Notes under the pieces: generated by a model
Databases searched by the model: none
What the model was told of the DNA's origin: nothing
Seen by the model: only the letters and a program-made list of their open reading frames with translations
Origin: Anaerolineales bacterium
GTDB taxonomy: Bacteria; Chloroflexota; Anaerolineae; Anaerolineales; UBA6668
Length of the DNA stretch: 64,000 nucleotides
Direction of reading: 5' to 3'
NCBI GenBank assembly: GCA_020630175.1
Contig: JAHDBW010000003.1
Span: 11,982-75,981 of the forward strand
Program-made: the position numbers and the translations under genes
Part shown: piece by piece, positions 26,411 through 39,173 of the stretch
How the letters are laid out: every line of letters starts with the position of its first letter
Numbering within the stretch: the stretch's first letter is position 1

Positions 26411-27335
26411 CACTACGTGAGAGTTCGTACAATTTATCAATGTATCCCACGATCATATCGCGGTGGGCTAGGGTGTCTAACCATTCGCTAGGAATATCAG
26501 CTTCGCCATAATATGCCCCAGCCAATTGCCCGTAGACAGCCCCAACCGTATCAGCATCATTGCCTAGGTTGACGGCTTTTAGCATACCGTCTTTGAAGTT
26601 GTCTGTGGTGTGGAATGCCCACAGCACGGCTTCAAGCGTATCTACAACATAGCCTGAGCTTTTGATGGCAGGCGGTTCTTTTTCTTTATAGTTACCTGAG
26701 GCGATTGCATCTACGTCTGGCATTAGTGGGTGTTGTTTCCAGTAACCAGCTTTTGGGCAATAGTGATCGCTTAGTAATTTCGCTTTATCGACTTCGTGGA
26801 ATGCGCCGAATAACAACGCGCCGAAGTAACGGCAGCTATCCACTGATGCAGGCGCAGCATGCGTGGTGCGTGAGCTGTTGCCACATAGAACTAATGCCTT
26901 GGCAGCATTGTTTACAAAATACATGGGAACAGGGCACAAGCGCATTAGGGAGCCGTTGCCAGCCGTATCTGGGTCAGTCGGGCCGCAGTAAGGCGTATGC
27001 ACTTCTAAGAATTTTTCTAGTGACCCTTTGGTTATTTTACCAATGTCAAAAGCGCTGCCAGTGCTGCTAAGGCGGCCTTCTTGATACCACTGTACATAGC
27101 GGTTTAGCTGATCTACAGCATCAAAGCGCTGCTTTTCAATTAGGCTTTCGGCCATACAGAGCGCCAATGATGTGTCGTCTGTCCAGTAGCCTGGTTCCAG
27201 ATCAAAAGGCCCGCCCCCACGCATTCCGGTTACTGGCTCAAATGTGCCTGGTTCTTTAAATTCAATTGCTGCACCTAGTGCATCGCCAATGGCTAAACCA
27301 AGCAACGCGCCGCGAAATCTTTCATGCAATTCCAT
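26403..27335 (-). CDS. ADP-ribosylglycohydrolase family protein
   Basis: N-terminal GALLGLAIGDALGA, plus WTDDTS and GNDADTVGAVYGQLAGAYYG metal-site motifs. Confidence 0.85.
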   Translation of the reverse strand: MELHERFRGALLGLAIGDALGAAIEFKEPGTFEPVTGMRGGGPFDLEPGYWTDDTSLALCMAESLIEKQRFDAVDQLNRYVQWYQEGRLSSTGSAFDIGKITKGSLEKFLEVHTPYCGPTDPDTAGNGSLMRLCPVPMYFVNNAAKALVLCGNSSRTTHAAPASVDSCRYFGALLFGAFHEVDKAKLLSDHYCPKAGYWKQHPLMPDVDAIASGNYKEKEPPAIKSSGYVVDTLEAVLWAFHTTDNFKDGMLKAVNLGNDADTVGAVYGQLAGAYYGEADIPSEWLDTLAHRDMIVGYIDKLYELSRSVK

Positions 27336-27597
27336 TATGGAGTTTGTCCCTTTTCCAACAAGTCAATAAGGTAAGTCAATTTTCTGGATCTAGCTGTTAA
27401 CAACTCAGCAAAATACATATACATCTGAAAAGTGACTGTAAAACGGGAATTCAATACTTAGTGCAAACAATTTGGATTGTTCAAGCAGCAAATTCTTAAA
27501 ACCCATAATAAGATAGCACAGATGTCGTTTGAATGCTATTTGAAAATCACAACATTTTCCACTAAAGTAAGACTTTTCTCAAAGGGAGCCTAAATTT

Positions 27598-28314
27598 ATG
27601 CAACGCAGCGATGGCCGTAAGCCACATCAGATTCGTCCAGTAACAATCACAACAGACTTCATTGACTATCCAGAAGGGTCTTGTTTAATCGAAATGGGCA
27701 ACACACGCGTCCTATGTAACGCCACCTTAGAGGAATCAGTGCCACGTTGGATGAAGGGCTCTGGTAAGGGCTGGATTACGGCTGAATACTCTATGCTGCC
27801 GCGCTCTACGCATACCCGAACGCGCCGCGAAACGTCTGGGCTTTCTGGCCGCACGCAAGAAATCAAACGCCTGATTGGGCGTAGCTTACGGGCTGCGTTT
27901 GATTTGTCAATTATGGGTGAGCGGATGTGCATTGTCGATTGCGACGTTTTACAGGCCGATGGAGGCACACGTACGGCTGCGATTACCGGTAGTTATGTTG
28001 CCGTGGCGCTGGCGTTACAAGGGGCTATTGATGCGGGTAAATTGCCAGCTAGAGTGCTTGGCAATGGCATGGCTGCCATTAGCGTGGGCGTGGTGAGCGG
28101 CAATGTGCTGCTAGACCTTTGTTATAGCGAAGATTCAAAAGCAGACGTGGATGCGAATATTGTTATGACGGCGTCTGGCAAGCTGATTGAAGTGCAGGGC
28201 ACAGCCGAAGGTCAGCCGTTTAGCCGGGGGCACCTGAACAAGATGCTAGATTATGCAGAGCACGGCATTGCAGAGCTCATTGATATTCAAAAAGCGGCGC
28301 TTGGGCGGGGATAG
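27598..28314 (+). CDS. rph: ribonuclease PH
   Basis: RSDGR...R, GSCLIEMGNTRVLC, and DCDVLQADGGTRTAAITG motifs; 238 aa. Confidence 0.95.
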   Translation: MQRSDGRKPHQIRPVTITTDFIDYPEGSCLIEMGNTRVLCNATLEESVPRWMKGSGKGWITAEYSMLPRSTHTRTRRETSGLSGRTQEIKRLIGRSLRAAFDLSIMGERMCIVDCDVLQADGGTRTAAITGSYVAVALALQGAIDAGKLPARVLGNGMAAISVGVVSGNVLLDLCYSEDSKADVDANIVMTASGKLIEVQGTAEGQPFSRGHLNKMLDYAEHGIAELIDIQKAALGRG

Positions 28315-28342
28315 GCTAGCCCAAGCCCTAACATCAAGAATC

Positions 28343-28373
28343 AAAAAACGGAGTGACCTGCACTCCGTTTTTG
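28343..28373. terminator. bidirectional intrinsic terminator
   Basis: ACGGAGTG-ACCTG-CACTCCGT flanked by an A-run and a T-run. Confidence 0.75.
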
Positions 28374-28459
28374 AATTAATTTACATGTGTGCCACAAACG
28401 GGTTGCGGTTACACTGACAAACACGTCATTTTGTTTTCAACGTGCTACCCAGCGCAACT

Positions 28460-28807
28460 TTAACTGGCCAATTGGCGTGGGTGATGTAAACCGCTCATTG
28501 CGTCAACGTCAGCAGCAAGTTTTTCCTGCTGTTTAGGGCTAAGCGTGTGCCATTTGCCAACGATTTGGCGTAATGTTGGATCTGGACGTAAAAGCCCTAA
28601 TACATCATAGACTTCAGGCCCTAAGGTTTCTGCAAGATGGTCAACATGCCGACCAGCTGGCACAACCTTGCCATTCATCCAACGGCTTAGATTTGCCCCG
28701 CTTGTGTTGAGGTAATCAGCAAAGTGGCTCGCGGATCTGGCATGATCACGGTGTTGTTGCCACTCTTCATATTTCTCTTGTAACCAGCGACTAAATGATA
28801 TGGACAT
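28460..28807 (-). CDS. XRE-family helix-turn-helix regulator, probably leaderless
   Basis: HTH FADYLNTSGANLSRWMNGKVVP. ATG 28805-28807 lies 6 nt after a TACAAT -10 box (reverse complement of 28814-28819). The track ORF starts at GTG 28822. Confidence 0.7.
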   Translation of the reverse strand: MSISFSRWLQEKYEEWQQHRDHARSASHFADYLNTSGANLSRWMNGKVVPAGRHVDHLAETLGPEVYDVLGLLRPDPTLRQIVGKWHTLSPKQQEKLAADVDAMSGLHHPRQLAS

Positions 28808-28856
28808 GGCGCGATTGTACACGAGTGTTTTGCCGTTGTTGACCCACTTTTAAGGC

Positions 28857-28874
28857 TTATAACGGACTTATAAC
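28857..28874. promoter_or_regulatory. operator-like site 3: TTATAAC-ggac-TTATAAC
   Basis: Lies 37 nt upstream of the TACAAT -10 box of the XRE gene. Identical half-sites and 11-bp period as sites 1 and 2. Confidence 0.55.
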
Positions 28875-29014
28875 GCAACGTGTAACGCCATACAAACGCG
28901 TTCTTTCTTAAAGAACTCATTTATCGATTTTACCTTTAGAAACTGTTAGAAAAACCATAACTTTTCTAATTCTTCACACAACATTTTTGTACCGCATTTT
29001 AGGCAACAAATTGT

Positions 29015-31990
<2,976 letters not shown>

Positions 31991-32048
31991 CTAGGTGTGC
32001 AATGCTAACGTTCTGAATACTCAAAACGATCAGGAATATGTAATGTAA

Positions 32049-32873
32049 TTAGTTCAGTTTGACAAACTTGTTGAGCACAACGCTCAAGCTGTGCTTAACA
32101 GTGCTGGCATCGGCGGCGTCTGGCGTTTTAGTCAAATATTCACTGAGATGGAAGGCTGTTTTTTGCAGTGATCCAGTTCGGTAGTGCAGCAGGCCTTCAT
32201 CACGTTGTAGGGTGGTTACGGTTGGCTGCAATACGCGTAGATGTTGCACCACAGCGAGGGCTTCTGGCCAAGCTTCTTGTTGAATGTAGATCTGGCGCAA
32301 ATTGTTAAGCATGCGGATCAAGATATCGGCATTGGCTGTCGGCTCAAGCCACTCGGATGAGAATGGTTGGGTAACGCCATGCGTCACGTGCACTAAGCGC
32401 TGACAATCTTCCACGGTCATGATTTGGCCTTGATTGAAGACATCAAAAATCAGTGGGGAATCTTCAGTATGCACGCCGACAACAAAATGGCCCGGCAGGC
32501 TAATACCATAGGCTTCTAGCTCTAAACGGCGGCTGATTTCGATATAAAGCACAGACAAACTAATTGGAATGCCAGTATGCATGTCTAACACCTGATTGAG
32601 AAAGCTATTGTTAGCAGCGTAATAGTCTGCCTCGTTGCCGTGGAAGGGCAGTTCGTTGAATAGATAGTTAATCAATGCCATGGCGCGGTCTTCAATTGTT
32701 GTAAAGATGGGCATGATTTGCGCAGCTTGCAGCGCGAGATTATCTAGCTGGGCTAAGTATTGAGAAACTGAGAGATCAGGAAAAGCGACGTTCTGGGCGA
32801 TCTGTAATGCGGCTAATCCTAAATCAATGTTTTGACTGGCGATATGTGTTTTAAACACGCCAAAATTTTTCAT
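32049..32873 (-). CDS. SirB1/UPF0162-like protein (transglutaminase-like N-domain + TPR-like C-domain)
   Basis: Length and pattern (GIPISLSVLYIEISRRL..., C-terminal helical repeats) fit that family. The call is from memory only. Confidence 0.6.
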   Translation of the reverse strand: MKNFGVFKTHIASQNIDLGLAALQIAQNVAFPDLSVSQYLAQLDNLALQAAQIMPIFTTIEDRAMALINYLFNELPFHGNEADYYAANNSFLNQVLDMHTGIPISLSVLYIEISRRLELEAYGISLPGHFVVGVHTEDSPLIFDVFNQGQIMTVEDCQRLVHVTHGVTQPFSSEWLEPTANADILIRMLNNLRQIYIQQEAWPEALAVVQHLRVLQPTVTTLQRDEGLLHYRTGSLQKTAFHLSEYLTKTPDAADASTVKHSLSVVLNKFVKLN

Positions 32874-33011
32874 AATGTGTTTTTTTGTACAAATGTCTAA
32901 TAAATGCGTTTTTCGTGATCGAAAAAACAGCTTTCTGTTGTATATTTAGAATTAGGTTTAGTGTTAGGTTTACTTAATTGTTCAGAAATGGTTTGCTTTT
33001 TGTAACCACTA

Positions 33012-34772
33012 TTGCTTAAGACAATATTTGCGGAGCTTTGCGCCCGCGGTCGTATGAACACCAAAGAATTATTTTCTATCTCAATCGATGAAAGACTTCA
33101 AGTTGATGATCTTTCTGATTTGAAGAATCGACTTGTGCACAGTGTCCTGATGACTTGTTTAGTGATCGGTATGCTGATTGTTATCCCGGCGGTGTATGCG
33201 GCCTGGGTCGATAATAGCTTTGGGCTTATCGGTGTTTATATTGCGAGCTACATCTTCCTTTGCCTGATTGCGATGCTGCCGATAAAGTATTACAACCTCA
33301 AGGCCGGGTTGCTAGTATTACTGCCTATTTTCCTCACGGTTCAAGAGTTCCTAACCTATGGTATTGCGAGCTCTGGCACCGTTTATGCGATTATCGCGAT
33401 CTTTTTAGCAGCGGCGCTATTTGATCTTAAAATCGGTCTATATGTTACCGGATTTATCAGCGCATCGATGTTAATCATCGGGGCATTGGTGCATTTGGGC
33501 ATGCATAGCTTTGAGCCTATTCGCTTACAAAACTCATTAGAGTTTGTACACTGGATCATCCGCGTGGCGCAAATCACCCTAACAGGCAACCTCTTAGTGC
33601 TGACGTTGCGGTTCCTTGTGATGCGCATCAATTCCTCACTTGAAAAATCAATTGATCTAACAACATCATTACAATCAGAACGCCATCGCTTACGCAGAAT
33701 TATTTCTGCTATTCCGGGGAGCGTGCTGATTTGTGATAATGACTTTTCCGGTGCGGTGTTGTGGTCTAACAACGTTGCCGAACGTGATTTTGGGCTGGGC
33801 GTGCCTAATTTGGTTGGTGAATCGATCGCGCGTTATTTCTATAACGAAGATGATTTTGTTAACGTTTGTGCCCGGGTCAACAACCGGCAGCAGGTTGTTG
33901 GTGAAGAAGTGCAAATTATCCGCCGCGACAATACAACATTCTGGGCGCATGTTTCCGGTAGTGTCATTGAAATGGCCACTGGGCCGGTTGCGATTTACAT
34001 CATTCAAGATGTAGATCAGTTACGCCAAACGCAACAAGCCATGCAGCAAATGAAGAAAATGGAAAGTCTCGGCATGATGGCGGGCGGTATTGCCCACGAC
34101 TTCCGCAACATTCTGACGGCGGTGTCTAGCCATAGCAATATTGCTTTACGGCGCTTAGATGAAGATGCCCCCGCGCGAAAATCCGTTGTCAAAGCCATTA
34201 AGGCTGCGGATAAAGGCGCTGACCTTACCAAGCAATTGTTGCAATATGCGGGCAATAAATCGGCTGAGATTACTGAGATTGACTTGAACGCGCTAATTAC
34301 CGAGAACTTATCGTTATTAGGTGAAGCCGTACCGCCCCATGTCGTTGTGACGGATGAACTTGATTTGTCGCTGCCAAATATTCATGGTGACGGGACCCAA
34401 ATTCAACAAGTTGTCATGAATCTCATTATCAATGCGGCGCAAGCAATGGGTGCGAATGAAGGCACAATTCACCTCGATACAAAACGCGTATTGTTGTCTT
34501 ATGACGACTTAGTGCCGTGGCAAATCGGTGGTGAAGAATTACGACCGGGGGCTTACTTACAGTTACGGATTGATGACACTGGCCCAGGAATGGATGCTAA
34601 AACGTTGAGCTCTATTTTTGACCCCTTCTTTACAACAAAGAAAGAGGGCACCGGCTTGGGGCTGGCAACAGTGCTCGGGATTGTGCGCGGACACAACGGT
34701 GGTATCCGCGTCGACAGTACTGTTGGCAAAGGCACGTGCTTTTGGTTAGTTTTCCCGCTGCCTAAAATTTAG
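33012..34772 (+). CDS. membrane sensor histidine kinase (PAS + HisKA + HATPase)
   Basis: 5-6 TM helices, PAS-like region, H-box GGIAHDFRNIL, NAAQAM, DTGPGM, GTGLGL. The true start may be ATG 33054. Confidence 0.85.
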   Translation: MLKTIFAELCARGRMNTKELFSISIDERLQVDDLSDLKNRLVHSVLMTCLVIGMLIVIPAVYAAWVDNSFGLIGVYIASYIFLCLIAMLPIKYYNLKAGLLVLLPIFLTVQEFLTYGIASSGTVYAIIAIFLAAALFDLKIGLYVTGFISASMLIIGALVHLGMHSFEPIRLQNSLEFVHWIIRVAQITLTGNLLVLTLRFLVMRINSSLEKSIDLTTSLQSERHRLRRIISAIPGSVLICDNDFSGAVLWSNNVAERDFGLGVPNLVGESIARYFYNEDDFVNVCARVNNRQQVVGEEVQIIRRDNTTFWAHVSGSVIEMATGPVAIYIIQDVDQLRQTQQAMQQMKKMESLGMMAGGIAHDFRNILTAVSSHSNIALRRLDEDAPARKSVVKAIKAADKGADLTKQLLQYAGNKSAEITEIDLNALITENLSLLGEAVPPHVVVTDELDLSLPNIHGDGTQIQQVVMNLIINAAQAMGANEGTIHLDTKRVLLSYDDLVPWQIGGEELRPGAYLQLRIDDTGPGMDAKTLSSIFDPFFTTKKEGTGLGLATVLGIVRGHNGGIRVDSTVGKGTCFWLVFPLPKI

Positions 34773-36004
34773 TCTAGTTCAGTGTAAAGGCACTTTAGGT
34801 AAGCGCCTTCTTTGAACCCAATAGGGTGGTCGTCAGCGTGGGTGGTTTCTTGGAAGATATTGATATGGCGTCCGGCGGCTGTCATGCCGCGTAAGGCGGC
34901 GTCAAAGAAGTCAACGGCTGGAATACGACTAGAACAAGACGCTGTAATCAGAAGCCCCGCAGGCGCAACCACTTCAGCCGCCAAGCGATTCAAATCCTCA
35001 TAGGCCTTCAGCGCATTTTCGATATCGCTTTTCTTGCTTGCAAAACTTGGTGGATCAACCACCACCACATCAAACTTACGCCCATTCTTACCAAAATTGA
35101 TTAGCGCCTTGAAGGCGTCTTCAGCGAGCAAGGTGTGCTTACAGTTTGCAACATTGGTGTTGTTCTGATTCGCTGCAAAGTTTGCTTTCGCGTCATTGAG
35201 CGCATGTTGGCTAATATCTAAGCTGACAACAGATGTTGCGCCTGCCTGTGCCGCATACAGTGAGAATCCGCCAGAATAAGCGAATACATTGAGCACAGTT
35301 TTGTTTTTGCAATACTGGCCAACACGCTGCCGATTGTCACGCTGGTCTAGAAAGAAGCCCGTTTTTTGGCCCTTGATGGGATCTACATTGAAGGTTAGCT
35401 TGTTCTCTAAAAATTGCGGTTGGGTAGGCAGCACGCCGTGCAAAATATCCCCATCATTTAGCGGCGTGGGAGTCTTTGAAAAGCGCCTTGAAAGCCGCAG
35501 CACAATGCAGTCTGGATCTAGCGTATTGATCAACAAGCGCACAATTGACTGTAAATCAGGCTGCCAAATTTGTGAATACAGCTTGATAACAATAACCCCA
35601 GCGTAGCGGTCAATAATCAGATCCGGTAGGCCATCATTTTCACCATGCACCAGCCGGTAACCATTGGTGACATTGTCTGCAAAGTTTTTTGTACGCTGTT
35701 CGATGGCGGTCAGCAGCTTGGCTTTCAACCACTCGGTGTCAATTTGCGCCGGTGCGCCACTATGCAGCATTTTGACCCGAATCTGTGAGGTTGCATCGTA
35801 TAAGCCAAGACCTAGAAAACGATTTTTACGGTCAAATAACACGGCATGGTCGCCAATGTTTCCTTCATGACTTTGTTTGCGGATACTGTCTGCAAATAGC
35901 CACGGGTGGCCGCTGCGTACGTGCTTTTCTGCACCTGCATTGACATGAATCGCGACGCGTTTTTTAGAGCGCTTTGGCAAGCGTGTGTAATTAAAAGATG
36001 ACAT
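34769..36004 (-). CDS. class I SAM-dependent RNA methyltransferase (RlmI-like, PUA + MTase)
   Basis: VLNVFAYSGGFSLYAA SAM loop, VVVDPPSFA catalytic motif, and an N-terminal PUA-like region. Confidence 0.8.
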   Translation of the reverse strand: MSSFNYTRLPKRSKKRVAIHVNAGAEKHVRSGHPWLFADSIRKQSHEGNIGDHAVLFDRKNRFLGLGLYDATSQIRVKMLHSGAPAQIDTEWLKAKLLTAIEQRTKNFADNVTNGYRLVHGENDGLPDLIIDRYAGVIVIKLYSQIWQPDLQSIVRLLINTLDPDCIVLRLSRRFSKTPTPLNDGDILHGVLPTQPQFLENKLTFNVDPIKGQKTGFFLDQRDNRQRVGQYCKNKTVLNVFAYSGGFSLYAAQAGATSVVSLDISQHALNDAKANFAANQNNTNVANCKHTLLAEDAFKALINFGKNGRKFDVVVVDPPSFASKKSDIENALKAYEDLNRLAAEVVAPAGLLITASCSSRIPAVDFFDAALRGMTAAGRHINIFQETTHADDHPIGFKEGAYLKCLYTELD

Positions 36005-36015
36005 AAATTAGGGAA

Positions 36016-36051
36016 TAAAAAAACGGCGGACTGCGTAGAGCTGTCCGCCGT
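36016..36051 (-). terminator. intrinsic terminator of the fabG-to-tat minus-strand operon
   Basis: CGGCGGAC/GTCCGCCG stem. On the minus strand it is followed by a T7 run. Confidence 0.65.
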
Positions 36052-36057
36052 AGTGCA

Positions 36058-36549
36058 TTATGCAGTGTCTGTGCTTGCGTCCGGATCGGCTGATGGGAGC
36101 CAAGCGTTGTGTTCAACAGGTTTGCTAGGTGCAGGTGGCGGCGGTGCAATACTATTGTTTTGAATCGGTGGCGCAACTGGCGCAGCGTTTGGTGCTGGCG
36201 GCAAAATATTGTTTTCATCTTGCACATTAGCAATGCTTTGATTGATATCAGCAACAGACTCGCGTACAGATTGATTCAGGTCAGAGGCAATCGCACGTGG
36301 GTTGATAGAGCGTCGGACGTCTTGTAAATCATCGCGCACCTGCTTGAAGCTTTCTAGGGTTTCACCATCATCAATGCCCGCCAATTCATCGCGCAAGGCG
36401 GCCCGCGCTTGGTTGTACACCACCATCATTTTGCGGGTCCATCTGCCAAGCGTAAACATGTGCTTTGCGACCCGTTCTGGTCCTAAAACAATCATGGCAA
36501 TGAGAACAACAAATAGAAGTTCCCAGCCGCCTACGCCAAATATGTTCAT
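36058..36549 (-). CDS. twin-arginine translocase TatA/TatB-family protein
   Basis: N-terminal FGVGGWELLFVVLIAMIVLGPERV TM plus hinge, an amphipathic helix, and a Pro/Ala-rich tail. Confidence 0.75.
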   Translation of the reverse strand: MNIFGVGGWELLFVVLIAMIVLGPERVAKHMFTLGRWTRKMMVVYNQARAALRDELAGIDDGETLESFKQVRDDLQDVRRSINPRAIASDLNQSVRESVADINQSIANVQDENNILPPAPNAAPVAPPIQNNSIAPPPPAPSKPVEHNAWLPSADPDASTDTA

Positions 36550-37010
36550 TCTTCAGTCTCTTGGTCAGTTGCTTTGGCAATTGCGGGTGCAAGCAGGGCT
36601 GCAAATTCAGCTTCTTGCTGCATCATCGCACCAAGTACGCCGTTGATAAAAGCAGGTGCGGTGTCGCTGCCAAACGTTTTTGCCAGTTCAACAGCTTCGT
36701 TAATAACGACCTTGACCGGCGTCTCTTTATAGTCTGCGATTTCCCAAATGGCCATGCGTAAAATGTTACGGTCAACAACCGCCATTTGATCAACCGGATA
36801 CTCAGGTGCGAAATGATGAATGGCGTCATCTGCGGCGTCTTCAAAGTCCACAGTGCCATCTACAATTAGTCGGGCGAAATCCACAACATCGCCTTCTAAA
36901 CGTTCTGAGTGAACGCGGTTCGCAAAGGCCATCCAAATGCCATGGTCACTGCAATCCGCTTCATATAGAACTTGAAGCGCGATAACTCGCGCGGTACTTC
37001 GTGATTTCAA
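36546..37010 (-). CDS. nusB: transcription antitermination factor NusB
   Basis: SRSTARVIALQVLYE start and NusB-like helices (NGVLG); 4-nt overlap with tat. Confidence 0.9.
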   Translation of the reverse strand: MKSRSTARVIALQVLYEADCSDHGIWMAFANRVHSERLEGDVVDFARLIVDGTVDFEDAADDAIHHFAPEYPVDQMAVVDRNILRMAIWEIADYKETPVKVVINEAVELAKTFGSDTAPAFINGVLGAMMQQEAEFAALLAPAIAKATDQETEE

Positions 37011-37066
37011 GGTGCGATACGCTTACTAAGCATTGGGCGGCACAAACTGCACCGGCAACACAAAGT

Positions 37067-37408
37067 CTAAAATTTTACGTCTTCTACAAAGACGTTGATT
37101 GATACAACATCCATCCCAACGCTATCGTGAAATGCGCGGGCGACTTCATTTTGAACGGCTTCACTTACGGTGCGTACATTTTTTGTGCCGTCTACAATCA
37201 TGTACAAGCTGGCAGCAATGCCTTCATCCTGCAAGGTCAATTCAACCCCAGCGCCGGTGGTTTGCCGAATAAGGCGGTTCATACTGCGCGGTGGTGAGGC
37301 TAACTCTAGCACACCCTCTACAGACCGTGTGGCAAGCTGTGCAATTGTTACCAGCACGCTTGGCGCAATCGAGGTGGTGTCCTGTGGGAAAACGTTATCT
37401 TCAGTCAT
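37067..37408 (-). CDS. Asp23/Gls24-family protein
   Basis: 113 aa with a typical Asp23 pattern (IAPSVLVTIAQLA...VEGV..., NVFVEDV). Lies upstream of nusB, as in Firmicutes. Confidence 0.8.
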   Translation of the reverse strand: MTEDNVFPQDTTSIAPSVLVTIAQLATRSVEGVLELASPPRSMNRLIRQTTGAGVELTLQDEGIAASLYMIVDGTKNVRTVSEAVQNEVARAFHDSVGMDVVSINVFVEDVKF

Positions 37409-37413
37409 AGGGA

Positions 37414-38163
37414 CTAGCCAATCGCCATGCCGCCATCAACATTTAGCGTTTGCCCCGTAATATAGGCTGCTTCGTCACTGGCAAGGAAGGCCACTGCGTT
37501 CGCAATTTCTTCAGCCTGACCCCAGCGTGCCAACGGGATCATGGCTAACGTGGCGTCTTGTAAGTCTTCTGGCATGTCACCAGTGAGTTTTGTTGGAATA
37601 AAGCCTGGTGCAACGGCGTTCACAGTAATACTGCGGCCCGCAACTTCACGGGCTAGGGCGCGGGTAAAGCCAATCACGCCTGCTTTTGAGGCTGAATAAT
37701 TGGTTTGGCCTGCATTGCCCAACACACCTGAAACAGATGAAATGTTGATGATCCGGCCATAGCGTTTACGCATCATGGCGCGCACGGCTGGTTTGGCACA
37801 GTTGAACACACCCTTTAAGTTGATGCGCATCACGCTGTCCCAGTCATCTTCAGACATTTTCATGATGAGTTGGTCGCGCGTTGTACCAGCATTGTTGACG
37901 AGGATATCAATCTTGCCATGGTCTTTGGCCACGGCTTTGATCATGGCGGCTGCTGCGTCTATGTCAGACACATCGGCTTGATACGCGTTTGCGGTTCCGC
38001 CAGCGGCTTCAATTTCTGCAACAACGCTAGTTGCGCCGTCTACGTCACGGGCGTAATTCACAACAACGTGTGCGCCTTCACTCGCTAAACGCACGGCGAT
38101 TGCTTTCCCAATCCCGCGTGAAGCGCCAGTCACCAATGCAATTTTATCTGTAAATCTGTTCAA
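37414..38163 (-). CDS. fabG: 3-oxoacyl-ACP reductase (SDR)
   Basis: TGASRGIG, NNAG, YSASKAG catalytic triad context; 249 aa. Confidence 0.85.
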   Translation of the reverse strand: MNRFTDKIALVTGASRGIGKAIAVRLASEGAHVVVNYARDVDGATSVVAEIEAAGGTANAYQADVSDIDAAAAMIKAVAKDHGKIDILVNNAGTTRDQLIMKMSEDDWDSVMRINLKGVFNCAKPAVRAMMRKRYGRIINISSVSGVLGNAGQTNYSASKAGVIGFTRALAREVAGRSITVNAVAPGFIPTKLTGDMPEDLQDATLAMIPLARWGQAEEIANAVAFLASDEAAYITGQTLNVDGGMAIG

Positions 38164-38367
38164 GGTTATTCTCCAAATTTCGCACAGATTATACCTTGCT
38201 AAGGGCGAATGGACTAATGGCTAATCTCGACCAATCTAACTGCATTACTATTAATAGTGGAACCTAGGTTGATGCGCCTAATGATTGCCGTCACAATCCA
38301 ATTTTGCAACCAATCGTGCTAGACTGCGTACAACTTATCAAGAGCAACCATCGGAGCAAAGAGAATT

Positions 38368-39072
38368 ATGGCTGAAAACCTCATTACCCTCGACAATGTC
38401 ATCAAAAATTTTGAAGGCCCAGCAGGCACAATCAATGTATTAAAAGGCATTGATTTGCGTGTTTCTACTGGTGAATTTGTTGGTGTGTGTGGGCCTTCTG
38501 GTAGCGGTAAGTCTACATTGATGAACATGATTACCGGCATTGACCGCCCAACGGATGGCACGGTGACGGTTGCTGGGCAAGTGCTTAATAATATGAGCGA
38601 AAACAAGCTGGCGCGTTGGCGTGGCAAAACGATTGGGGTTATTTTTCAATTCTTCCAGCTGCTGCCAACGCTGACCGTGCTTGAGAACGTGATGTTGCCA
38701 ATGGACTTTTGTCGCGTTTGGACACCGCGTGAGCGCCCAGAACGTGCCATGTTTTTGCTAGACCAAGTTGGGCTAGCCGATCAAGCGCATAAATTGCCAT
38801 CGACCTTGTCTGGTGGTCAGCAGCAACGGGCGGCCATTGCGCGTGCGTTAGCGAATGATCCGCCACTGTTGGTGGGGGATGAGCCGACCGGGAATTTAGA
38901 TTCCAAAACAGCCGATAAGGTGTTCCAACTCTTCAATGAATTGATTGCTGGCGGTAAAACGTTCTTGATGGTGACGCATGACACGTCGCTAGCGGGGCGC
39001 ATTCCGAGAGTAATCAACGTTTTAGACGGCGTGCTTTATGAAACCGACGGCGCTGGCGCGATTGTGGAATAG
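38368..39072 (+). CDS. MacB/LolD-type ABC ATPase
   Basis: Walker A GPSGSGKST, signature LSGGQQQR, Walker B LLVGDEPT, H-loop VTHD. Confidence 0.9.
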   Translation: MAENLITLDNVIKNFEGPAGTINVLKGIDLRVSTGEFVGVCGPSGSGKSTLMNMITGIDRPTDGTVTVAGQVLNNMSENKLARWRGKTIGVIFQFFQLLPTLTVLENVMLPMDFCRVWTPRERPERAMFLLDQVGLADQAHKLPSTLSGGQQQRAAIARALANDPPLLVGDEPTGNLDSKTADKVFQLFNELIAGGKTFLMVTHDTSLAGRIPRVINVLDGVLYETDGAGAIVE

Positions 39073-39173
39073 CCATGGCATTGGAATCCCGCTCAGGATG
39101 TAAATCGTTACGGCATTCCTCTGCACTGATAAAGCATCTAAATTCCGCACTGTAACTTACTAGGAGCTTCCCC

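Noticed and set aside
27361-27384. Direct repeat AAGTCAAT-aaggt-AAGTCAAT upstream of the ADP-ribosylglycohydrolase gene
   Set aside because: It is a single locus with short repeats, and I could not place a convincing promoter geometry around it. This is insufficient support for a regulatory call.
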